Shown here one piece after another: positions 13,367 through 25,158 of a stretch of DNA of 64,000 nucleotides. How positions within the stretch are numbered: the stretch's first letter is position 1; each line of letters starts with the position of its first letter. The position numbers were made by a program, and so were the translations under genes. Source of the DNA: Phoronis australis (Eukaryota; Animalia; Phoronida); contig NMRA01000170.1 of assembly GCA_002633005.1 (NCBI GenBank), forward strand, positions 216,301 to 280,300, written 5' to 3'. The notes under the pieces were generated by a model. The model ran no database searches, was not told the DNA's origin, and worked only from the letters and a program-made list of their open reading frames with translations.

Positions 13367-16300
13367 TTACATTCCCAGTTCTATTATCTCTTGAATGTTA
13401 CCAGACAAGCGTTCTCTGACAGCTTCTTTTATGGTGGGGTTTGACATTACGCCGTCGTACATATTGCCGATTTCCTCAGTAACGTCATCAATCGAGCCTT
13501 TCTCCTTCATATCTTTTTTAGATTTTTCTAAGCTCATTTTTGCAATAATGGGCGGTAGACCCATGCAAGCGGAGATAATTCCATACATTGCTGTTTTCTT
13601 GAATAAGTTCAAGAAAACTTCATATGTGTACTCAGGAAAGGAAAATTTGCAGTTTTCAAGAATGTTGGTGAACGCTGTATAGTAATGCTTCAAGATGTCG
13701 TCCAGGTGCGTTTTGCGCATGCTTCGCGTGGTACTCACGAACAGGAAGTAGCTTAAATCGGACGTCGGTAAGGCGTAACGCACCATTTGAAAGTCGACCA
13801 TTTTGACTGCAATTGGCGAGTTGGGGTCGTCATCTTGGTATTTAAACATCATGTTATTTGCCCAGGCATCTCCGTGACAAATGACGGCAAACGGCTCGCA
13901 GGGCTCGATGCACGAAAGGATGGTGTCGAAAGCATCCACGCTGAGCAGTGACTTGACCTTTGACTTAAACTCTTCATCGGTTGACTCTTCAGAAATCAAT
14001 TCCATGGCATTTACAAGTGCTTTGCTAAGCATTGGACTGGTAATGGGACGCGTAGTGGACGAAAAGTGTGTCTCTTGAAAGACAAACTCGAATCTTTTTC
14101 GAATGTTTTCAACATCTCTATTCTTCAACACCAGTGATAACGCGTGCATCTTTGCCAGCTCCGCCACAACCAACTTGCAGTGCTGAGCGTCAAGACCAAC
14201 TCCAACATCTGCCATTTTGTAGCCTTCCACGTCTTCCAAAACAATCATGGCGGACAGCGTATCTTCGTCAGATAAGCCGTAGTGAAACTTTGGTGCTGCT
14301 AAAGGAGCAAGATCCAAGTTGAAGCCAGACTGGAGTGTGGTAAGCGCAGGAAGAATGTCTCTGTAGAAAATCAATTCTTTTTTGAACACGCCGCCTTTTA
14401 TCATCACCGCCTTCATCATCGGGTGGTCATGTGGCGTTTTAAGAATCAGCTTGTAGTCTTTTTTGTTGTCGGGACTTTGAACTTTGGCGTAGATTCTTAA
14501 CACTACCGTGGCAAAGTTTGATCCTGAAACAGAACTGTGTTTTAAGATACTATAGAGTCTAGAAATTGAGATAATGAAAACCTGAAAGGCAGGTTTCAAA
14601 TTTTTCAGTGACGTACATGTACTTTCTTTCAATTCTACGTTCAGTCCTAAGTCTTACTGGGCCTTTGACCCAGCCGAGCGCCCATAAAAGTTTGCTGAAG
14701 ACATTATGCTAAGAATTTTACGATGACTTTTGGCTTACCTCAAAATCCAACTGCTGCCTGGTGGTTTGGTAATTGGCCCATTTATGTTGCACACCCAGCA
14801 GAATTAATGAGAAACATATAATTGCAGCATTTTAGGATGTAAAAGTCACATTTTTGTCCAAGTTTCAAAATTCAAAAACCTAATCACCTGTGCTTTTCAC
14901 GAAATATTTCAATATGCTATTTACAAACTTTCAAAACGAAAATTAAAAAATATTATTTCGCCCCCAATGTGTTTACGATGGGTCTCTTGTCTAGAGGACT
15001 ATAACATCATCAGCTTGGGGCGATTTAATTAACCACAACAGCATGGTGTCTTTGATCTAAAGCGGCAGATTCTATAGTGCGCAAACCGGTCAGTTTCCCA
15101 ATCTCCACCGGTTAGAGTGCCAAACGTAGGATTCTTTTCATAACTCACAAAGGTAATAATCAGAACGAACTTGAAACGGGGACAAAAACAGAGTGGGAAC
15201 CAATTTAAATGTTGTACTCTCTAAGAATTACGTGGTCAGTGTCGCATTCGGTGAATACTTTTTCCAAAGTTGTCAAGTGCGGTCTGCCAAGACGGTATCC
15301 TGACAACGAGTTCGGTGTGACAGGGCCCAAAACGTGCAGCTCAGATTTTTTTGTTGAATTCTTTCCGGCAGACAACTATACCCACGGGCATGGAATCATC
15401 CGCACGAAACCCCAGAATCAAACCCATGAACCGAGACCAATCATAGCTTCAGTAATTAGTCATGACATTGCCCTTATTTGGAACAGAGCAGTGAGTACTG
15501 GATTGCTCAGCACAGCTAGGTTAAGAGATCAAAAATGACGAAAAGCCGAGGAAATCGCAGGCAGCATTTCAAACCGACGTCAAAGCTTCCCACGTGCCGA
15601 TTTCACCAGAACAGTCAACTAGGTCCTGTCTTTCATATTTGTTAAGTTTGGTAGATATCCGTGACTTCATAGACCACTTCTAAAAATTTACAATTATGGC
15701 TCCGATTCCAATGTCTAAACTAGACTTGAACAGCGCAACATGGATCACCGGACTAGGCTTGCACAAAAACATGGATCTCCGGCTAGCTCATTTATTCGAG
15801 TTGCCCTGAGTTCAATTTTTGAATTCTTGGCGCGTTCATGTATCCATGATCCCGAATAAGACATCAGATAATGAAGGCCGAGTGATTTTTCAATAAAGTC
15901 CTCCCTCCACAAGGTTATGTTGCTACGCAACAAGTTATACAAATCGGTCTCACTTTCGTGTGACTTTTAAGTAAGCTAGAGGAATAAGCTTCGCGAACTG
16001 AATTCTTGGTCATTTCGCATCTCCAAAGTTGTCACTACGTCCTGGGTACGTCACTTTGTTAATACCAGAGATTTCGATAAAACGATCTAATATTCTACAA
16101 CAGAAAACGAGAACTGAGGGACGGAAGAAACACAGGCGCTTGGGTTTATCTGTTCCTCGATCGCAAATGACGTCACTCGATAATACATATAAGAAAACAT
16201 AAAGGTTGGACACTCGAAATCTGTTTGCTCAGAATTTTCTACTCAAATGTGCATGGAACTCCACGAAACTAGCACCGGACAACTCTTAGAATACTTTCTT

Positions 16301-17835
16301 TCATTCGATCTCTTCAAATTGCCTTCGAGTGGTGATTTGGCGACAAAAATGATAAAAGAATTCCAAAATCACAAAATCAAGGAAGTGATTCCGAGATGTC
16401 ATGGCAGACGGTCTTCGCACATCCGGGTTTTTGACGAACGCTCCCCAGGTAAATCCGAAAGTCTAATTTCGAGCGGCTTTCATCGTCAATCCTTCGACTA
16501 CTTGATCATCAGAAACACAGAGCACTTTATTGCCAAATAAATGTAATAACTCACATATTTGTGTCAAATATAAATTATCCTGATACTGTATTGATATGCG
16601 AAGTTTTTTGTGTACTGTGATTTCTTATGAAGGTTTTACTTTTGGCCAAAACCATTGAGTTAACTCGTCGGCCACGCGCATTGTAATACTTGCACGGACT
16701 GCGTTTCCTGGCCGAGTGTGTGTTGTGCTTCAATCAAAAAAGTGCGTGATGTCAAGATGAGAAACAAGATACGCCAGTTTATGTAATAAAATTCTAAGTT
16801 AAGGGCTAAAATGAGCCGTCAGTGGAATAAAGTTACAAATAATCATTAAAATACTAACTTTAACATTCTCAATTAGTTGAGTTTTGGATTAGAATTATTG
16901 AATTTGAAATATAGGTTGCTTGCTCAAACTCGAAGTTTCACCTACGACAGGCGTACAAGTTGAAGCACAACTGAAATCCGCCATGTTTACTATTTCAGGT
17001 CCTTGAATTCAGAGTTTTGAGATTGTTTTGGAAATTCCATCGCCAATTCACCACTCACGAAGACAGTTAATGGGATCTAGGAAAGATAAGGCTTCGAAGG
17101 TTTATGCAACACCAGACTGAGGGAGGTGCACGCAGATTTTATTTGGATTTTGGACGGTTGAAGTTGGGAGCCTCGGCTTGGCAAAGTTTAAGTGTCCAAC
17201 CTTTATGTTTTCTTATATATATATATTATTGAGTGACGTCATTTGCGATCGAGGAACAGATAAACCCAAGCGCCTGTGGGAAGAAAGATCACGGTACCGG
17301 TAATGACGAACCCATCATCGGCGAACATCGTTACCTGAGGTTGAATTTAGTTCTTCCCAAGTTTACTGTTAGAACACTTCTTATGATTTAAAAGAGATTA
17401 CCAAGAGCACAAACATAGATTGAAAAACTGTTTTTGATCCCCGGACTAATTTGATGTATGAACTTCATTTTGTGTTAACGATTGTGCTGCTCAAGCCTGG
17501 TTTCAGAAACAAATTTTACATTCTCTGGAAGTGGCCTCGATGCGAAGGTTAAAACGTGCATTCATCATACATTTGGTTCCTGGTAAATGAAATAGGCCAA
17601 CCTCACTGTCTATGGGTGTAGACGTGATAATGGTGATGAATAAGCCTACGAAATCCACATTGATAACAGCCGATAACAGCTTACCTTCAGCACAGGCAGG
17701 CTCGACGGAGAAGTCAATGATTGATAAGTCCTCATTGTTCTCAGCCCTCCTGATGATTCCTTCGAGAAAGTCTTTCGTGACAATGGTTGCTTCGGTGGGT
17801 AAAGCGGGTAAAGTGGGTTTGGTCGCTTCAGCCAT
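13367..17835 (-). CDS. Ecdysteroid kinase-like (EcKL / CHK choline-kinase-like) protein, 2 coding exons, 435 aa
   Basis: Exons 17835-17685 (MAEATK...ACAEG, donor gtaag) and 14523-13367 (acceptor tttcag, GSNFATVVLR...), 1308 nt total. Motifs LILK, F-x-KE-x-x-FY, IVLED, LAKMHA, CHGDAWANNMMF, DFQ and SDLSYFL. A probable 5'UTR exon has its donor near 18377. Confidence 0.9.
16131..17278. mobile_element. Non-autonomous TIR DNA transposon (CA-ended, 8-bp TSD; P- or hAT-like) in the EcKL intron
   Basis: About 85-bp TIRs (16131-16214 CACAGGCGCTTGGGTTTATCTGTTCCTCGATCGC... vs 17191-17278), flanked by a perfect TSD GGAAGAAA at 16123-16130 and 17279-17286. Confidence 0.85.
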
Positions 17836-19107
17836 TTCAACTACAATGAAAACAGAAATACTACTAACACTGATGTTCGCTGCTAATCCTTAGTGAATTG
17901 TGCGTTTGTATGGCTTAAAACATATCAAATATTCAAGGTATGGAGGAACATACTCACTCAGAGATTAGAACTTGCAACACATCATTATGTAATATAAAAA
18001 CATTAAATTTTAAACTTTTCATGTGCCGATTTTTTGCGATTGGACGAAAGGTTCTCACATCAGCTGGTAAGAACCCCACAAAATGAGAGTGCAAGATTAC
18101 AAGAAGTTTCGATTACAGAGAAAAACATTTAGAGATTAGAACAATATAGAAAATCGCGCTCGCGTTCGTACACCAAATTGTGAGAGAAAAAGGAGATCAT
18201 GCAAGACCACGCAAATTCACGCCAGTGAAAAGAAATATCTTACAAGCGTAACCTAACAAAATGGCATAGCACTAATGATTGTAAGACAAGACCTGCAAGG
18301 CGCGAGAAAAAAAAATGTGAAAAACAATCGTCTCCGCCACAAGTAAAAGGAATGCAGGCCATGAAAATAATACTCACGCGGTTAGTGGGGGACACATTTC
18401 GCGTTTCTGTGATCACAGCTTGTTACTAGTACTAACGGTACGTATCAGCTATACCCGTGCATAATGCAAAACAAGGCCGCTGGAAACGGGGGAGATAGAC
18501 AAATTCGATTGTTTTCCTCCCTCGACCGCCCCGCTTCTTGTGGCCGGTTGAATGAAGCAGTAGCAAATAGGGACTCACAGCGCTTTTGTGGACACGTGAA
18601 ACACCGATTGAATTTTCTATTTGTTGTGTGTTCATTCATAAGTCAATTTTTAGCTTTAATAGAAGCCGAGAATAAACTCTATACTGAGTTCTCAATATTA
18701 TTGAGAATAAATAGGGACGTTTTCATGCAATGTCTCTAACTTAAAAACTAAGTCCCTACTTATTTTCATTGAAATAAAACTTCGGTTTTCAGATACACTA
18801 GAAAATAACACGAATGAAAGAGGAGCTCATAATGATAGCCTAGATATGAGAACACAACACAAGACACAAATGCACACTGAACTTATAGCTGAGTCCCTAG
18901 GGACTGCTTCATGCAACCGGGCACTGAGGCCCTGCAAAATCAAGGGTATTGTCGACAGTGCTGTAGTGGGGCGTAGGCGCACGTAGGCGCAGCCAACCAC
19001 CTTTTGGCATTTGAACGTAACGCCTACGCTCCGTAAGTTACGTTCAGTGCTCAAGGTGATACTGTGGGCTTTGGGCGCTTACTTACATCTAATTTTACCA
19101 CTGCAGC

Positions 19108-21558
19108 CATAGACATCTTAATACATAGACCGGGCGCGCGCCACTCAGATACATGCAGCTCGCGTTGTCAATATGACGCCATATTGGAGAGTGCTACACA
19201 GGACTAAAATGGCGGAAAACACTGGGAGCCCTACGGCAGCAGTCAGAAAATCGGCGGGCTCGCAGTGTTATGCTTGCAGCCAAAGAGTTACGATTTTTGG
19301 TCCTGCCATTGAGTCATGGGTTTTTTGGTTCGGCCATGGAGTTTATTGGTGCTGCAACTAGGTTTTAATGTTCCGCCACCATAATTTAAGCGGAGCGACT
19401 ATATGCGTTATTTCCACATCAGTCTTGATGATTGAAACCATAAAAGATCAATTAAAAAGATAATTAATGACCAGCATATGCTTATTATCCAATGATGATG
19501 CTGTTTTCTAATTATATTTAAGTAAATATTTAGTATTATTGACAATCATACTTGTGCAGAAAAATAACATCCCCGAACTTTCTCGCCAGCCGGGGCATTG
19601 AAATCAGTACATCTAAGTGAATAGTGTATTCTCTATTGAAATTTATACTGCTTTAAAAACTCATTTCTTACTATGTATTCCAAAATCAGATATTTTCTGT
19701 TGAGTCAAAACAAACAAATCTCTGCAAAATATGTACTTATGTCGAAGTTGATATTGGAAATTTTGTATATTTGCACTGCTGGCTAACGAGCTCTCTGATT
19801 TGTGACGAAACTTGTGCAAAAAGTAATGTGCATAATAACCAAAATATCAAACCAGTACGAATTGCGCATCCAACCTTTACCCAAAATACAGAATTTCCCA
19901 CTCGAAACCGAATGGAAATATACCCAACCTAGCCGATGTAGCCGCATTAATTATGACTCCGTAAAAAAATGACCCCGGTTAGTTTTTTTACAGGATCTAA
20001 ATTTAATGTGAAGAATGTTCAGCCCATGAAAAAATGACCCCACGTCCGTGAAAACTTGTCCCGTCATAATTCAACGATTCCTCGCAACAGGGGCATGGGA
20101 TAAGCAAACAGAGTGCGTGAGAGAAGAATTTATTTTAAATTTCTCGGCCTGAGGGTCGCGCAGTAGGCCTACGCATATCAGGTTAAGAGCGGGGATGGAC
20201 AGAAACAGTCCGAAATAATGTTTGCCGGAGCGGGGCTGATCTCTTTGTGAGCACACGTTGTGGGGATACTACAAAACGCCAACAAGTGCCTGGTGCTTGA
20301 TCGGGGGGACTTCAGATCCGTGAGAGAGGAATATCGAGCGTGCGAGAAAAATATTTGTTTGTTGCCAATTCCGAGCGATGCACAGGAAAGGAATTGAGTC
20401 TGTTCTTTGTTTTCTACGTTACGACGACCTCCCGTTGAGTCTAACTTGTTAAGTTGTATATCACAACAAGTTGGGCGGATAACCGCTGTAGACAACTGAT
20501 TAAGTCCATTCTGGCAATTAGGATTAGAGGATCTCTGTCAGCTCTCTTTTGTACGATAATTGCTCTAATCTTCGATAACATCTTATCTTATATCCCCTCT
20601 GGGCTGTGCTGTTAAAAATAAGTTAAGTTATAAAATGTTTGAACATAAACCAATGACATTTCTGAATTTCCCATCAAATACTGAACTAGCTTATAGTTTT
20701 TGAATCACCAAAATCGCCCAACTACAATCGAAATTAAAACAATATCCGAACGTATCAACGTACTGGGTTTGACTGTGTTCACGTGTGATCGGTTATAATA
20801 TAAGCCTGGTAATAATTTATCTGCATGTTGTCGTACCAGAAAAAAGACTATGCTCGGCAGTTAACAAAGGAGCTACATGTAAATATTATCACACGCTCAC
20901 AACCGCTGTACTGAACGGGAGAACGCCCTAATGAACTTTAAAAACTGTATATTTATTTATATGACCCAAATGAAATCATTTTTCACAGTAGTTCACATAA
21001 AATTTAGACTCCATTAAAAGCGACCCGGGTCATATATCAATTTTACATAGTTACCCGGGGTCATTGTTCAACACTCTGTGAAAAGGCTTACTGGGGCACA
21101 ACGAAGGTATGTCCCGAGTGAGCGGCACTTCTCCTGGATATAATGTTTTTGCATCGAGTGACACGAATTAAATGATAAAGTTGCGCGGCCTCAGTGGTTT
21201 CTCTTGAAAAGAACGAAAAAATAAAACGCTCGCAGTGGATTGACAGGCGTGCAGCCGCTCAGGCCACTCGAAAATCTGCCACTGGTTGCGATCTTCTAAT
21301 AGTTTGATATTTTCCCTATCGAGTGATTAAATCTTAAAAAACGCCTGTAAGTGCTACATCACATGTTTTTGTATGCTTCTGGAAAAAATCATTTTCATTG
21401 GCCTCTTTATTTGTTAGATATCGCGCTTTGAAAAGGACAATTTGCCCCGTTTTTTACACGACAATTAGCCGTGTCACATGACTATAGTACCACTCTCCAA
21501 TATGGCGTCAAGTTGTCAGCGGCAGGAGCGCGTGCGCCCGGTCTATGTCATGTCTATG
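19108..21558. mobile_element. Non-autonomous TIR DNA transposon with CATAGAC termini (P-element-like)
   Basis: Imperfect TIRs of about 70-90 bp: CATAGAC..CATAGACCGGGCGC..TGACGCCATATTGGAGAGTG at the left, and its reverse complement at 21490-21558. TSD ACTGCAGC (19100-19107) / ACTACAGC (21559-21566), 7 of 8 identical. Confidence 0.75.
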
Positions 21559-23530
21559 ACTACAGCACTGATGCTCGATAGAGGAATTTCCACTCAACAT
21601 CGCCTAAACATGTAAAAATGCTTTCGTTTCTTGACTCTTCTCGTACGTAACCAGCCAGCTGGTTTCCACTCGTAACCGGCTAAATTAGAATCAATGCAAA
21701 ACACGACTCTGTCTTGAGTCAATTAGAAATATTACAAAACCTTCGCTAGCGGGTGTCCTCATAATTCTGGACTGTTTCCGTGGAAACCTGTTTTGTCCAT
21801 AATGCTATCGCCCACAAAAACGTCCGTAGGCCGTAAGCTTTCACGAACTAACCTAGTAACCTATAGTAAGGGTCAATCAACTAGAATGTGTAAACTGCCA
21901 CTGACCTATTTCGTTTGTGTCGTCCTGTTTGTTGACTTACCGCGAAAAGAATGACATCTCCGAAGACCTTAACTCGGTTTAACCTAGGAACCAATCTCAT
22001 ATTGATTCCTAGGTTTAACATAATGATATAAACGCTTTGTAAGTGAAAGCTTTTTATGCGGTGCTCGAAAACCGATAACTCACGTTCTCAGTTGGCACAG
22101 TAATGAGTGGAGCGTAAAATACCGACCTCTATAATGAACCCAAGACAAATATTTTAAAGTTACCTAAGGGGATATAGTATCTTTGCCCAAGGCGACCCTG
22201 GGCGACAAAAAAACGAAACCTACGACGACAACAATTTGAAAGTAGGAAATACAATTGATTAGAGTTAACCCTAGACTTTTGAATGGATGAAAGAAATGTT
22301 AAAATTCATTGAGTTGTAAAGGATCTGAGCTAAACATAGAAATTGGCAAGAGATGAAATATAACGTCTCTTTAAGTGTGTGCCCGTAGTAAAATGCACAA
22401 CGCGCTACCTGCACCCGGTACTTTGGAATAATGAACAATTGATGAACTGGGACTTTGTACTTACACGCAAGCGTTCGTAGCTCAAAATCCACTGAGAAGA
22501 TGTCTGGTCAACAAGCGCCTGGAATCCCTGCCTTAGCGCAACTGACCTCGTTGTGAAGCGTGATCAACGACACGGTGATAAAATCGTCATGGTACGTTCA
22601 TTTTTTACTACGTAAGCCAACACTACGTGCCAACCGACTAGAGCGACGTCTTTCGTGAAAATGTGGTACGATAACAATTGACCTATCGCAAGCTTAGAGG
22701 TATGGTTTTTGATGACCGTGGGCCGGTGGCCTCTTGTTCAAGTTATTGCTATTGACGACTGTGTATACATGTCCGACGGTTGCTCAACCTGCATGTAACT
22801 ATATATTGACAGTTGGCAAAAACGGTTTCTGCGATTTTTGGCAAACACTAGAGTGGGTCAGAATTCATGTGAATATTAAGCAAGTAAACCGATATAATAC
22901 AGAAGTGTGTACACAAGTTAATAAAAGAAATTATCGACAGATTGACGTAATGAAATTGCAAGCCCCGTCTTTTATGCTCTACCAGTTGCCCGTCAAGAAT
23001 CTGCACGCATGTCTTCGTAAATACCGAATTTCAATTCTTGTAAGTTAACATCTTGCAAAAGGCGTACTATGCATCCCTTTAGGTTTTATATTTTGTCTTT
23101 ATATGATGGCCATCATGTCATAGTTAGTTTCTTCTGTCTTCTAACCTGAAAGAATTCATTGGTTTCTGATATACGTGTTTATACATCTGTCGATAAAATC
23201 TCCATCATCCAATCCTGAAAATCAAGTGTGCAAAAGACAAGTTTTGCGAATTGCCAATGTGAAATAACCCTCTGGATAAATTAGTATGTCGGTGAATTTT
23301 GACGTACGTTGGTAAAATGCGGACAGTTCTATGTCCTTCGTCATGTCAAGCTAGCTAAAACCAAAAATATACTGGGCCTCTTACTCTTTAACTCTTTTGC
23401 ATTTATAATTCCATAACGCTAATGTTTCATGAACAAATAATATAATTTTCAACTTTTGTGCTGGAATTCAGGACATGCAACACTCTATTATGCTTCTTGT
23501 ATTATGATTTTATGTACCAAGATAGCCAAA

Positions 23531-24470
23531 TTATTAGTATTAGTAGGTTTATTTCATGTAACAGGCCTCCGGCCCACATTAAAAATACCGGTATGTAATA
23601 CATTGAGAGCACAAGATTTTTCAAATCTAAATTAATTCATATCAAGGAACTCATTTCAAAAAGTTTCTCCGCATTAATTAAATTTCTAGCAACTTTTCTC
23701 GGGAGAGTTAAATCATGAGTCTGTAAAAAAAATTCTGAACACTATCTCCTCCACCTTATCGTATCTTGGTAACAGCACACGTAGATCAGAATATAAATTA
23801 CATTCGAGAAGAAAATGCAATTCTGTTTCCACTTGCCCACTGTCACAGCAGGGACATATTCTCTCCTCTCTGTCAAGTCCACTAAATCTTCGATGAACAA
23901 TCATTAAAGAATGCGCCGAGTATCTGAATCTTGCGAGGGGTATTCTGTGAAAACTATTTTCTAGACATAACCTCTTCCTGATGTTATGTATTTTTCTACT
24001 ACAAAATTACAATTAACTATTTTATAAACATCTACCGATTGAGAAAATATAGTCTCTCCAATCCTGGATGTCAATACCAAAAGTATCTTTGTTGAAATTC
24101 ACTTATAAATGAGGCAACATCTCCAAACCTTACTTGTATCCAACAACTCCAAAACCATAAGTAAATAACAATAGTTTAACATTTAGTCTTTTAGAGCCCA
24201 GCAACACTTATTTTGCTCATCCATTTCATATTACACATTATAGCACGCACTAACATAACGATGGCTTGGCAATTTGATAATATTTAACCAGTATTTAACA
24301 ATTCTCAATAATAGATGTACCTTCATTGTCACTCTACCAAGCTCTCCCCTCACTGCAGCGTTTGAGACATGCTGTCCACGTCCCAACAAAATTTTTCAAA
24401 ATTTATTTTGCATGATTGCAATGTCTTGTGCCGGATGAAATCCCCAAATCTCATAACCATACAACCACAT
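23531..24470 (-). mobile_element. 5'-truncated, degenerate non-LTR retrotransposon (LINE ORF2 C-terminus; RTEX/L2-CR1-like)
   Basis: Minus-strand fragments LYGYEIWG...NAAVRGELGR...IVKYWL and ARFRYSAHSL...REERICPCC...ETELHFLLECNLYSDLR (typical LINE C-terminal CCHC region), interrupted by stops and frameshifts. The 3' end has AATAAA followed by a short TAA-type tail near 23531-23555. Confidence 0.8.
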
Positions 24471-25158
24471 TTGCACAGGAATGTCATTGTATTTAAACAT
24501 GTGCTTTTGAGCACAAAACTAATAATAAGCTTCTCTTAAAAAACATTATTCACAAGTAGCATTTCAGTTGCAGGAAACACGCAATTTGAACAAGGCCATC
24601 AGTGCTTCCGGTCCATTTATTTTTTTGCCTATTTTACGTTTTCTGCCTCTTTTTACTGGTCACGGAACATAACATCTAAATATCAAAACCTTAAATTTTC
24701 GGGTTTGTGGTGGACTTGTAAAAGGTAATCGTTCCCATCACTAATTTGTTTCTGTGTCTACGAACACCTCTCTTAAAACGCTGTTGGCACTCGTGGTTAG
24801 AAGGTTACGATGGTAGGTTAATATTTGTGGTGAAAACAAACACATCAAAACTTCAATCCCTGTTCGTTCAACATTTTGTGGCGGATTTGTAAAGCTTGCT
24901 CAGGACTCTTAAAATGGTAAGGTAAAACCGTTATCTTCGAGCCTTTAGGCCCATGGGCCTATATCAGAATTCCTTGACAGCCTTTTTGGTCCGTATGTTG
25001 GCGCAAGCAGTTGCGCACAAACATTTATGAACCTAATGGTACGGCAATAGGGTTGTGGTATTAGAAAGAAATGGAGCGACATTAGTAACTGTTGGAGAAA
25101 ATGTCTATTGGAAAAAATAGGACGCATTGATAGCCGGATTACTGTTTCCTTTGCAGTC

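Noticed and set aside
14524-14632. N-terminal 36 aa of the 421-aa ORF as the real EcKL start
   Set aside because: It starts at a non-ATG codon and reads through an intron. A good acceptor at 14524 joins in frame to the ATG exon at 17835.
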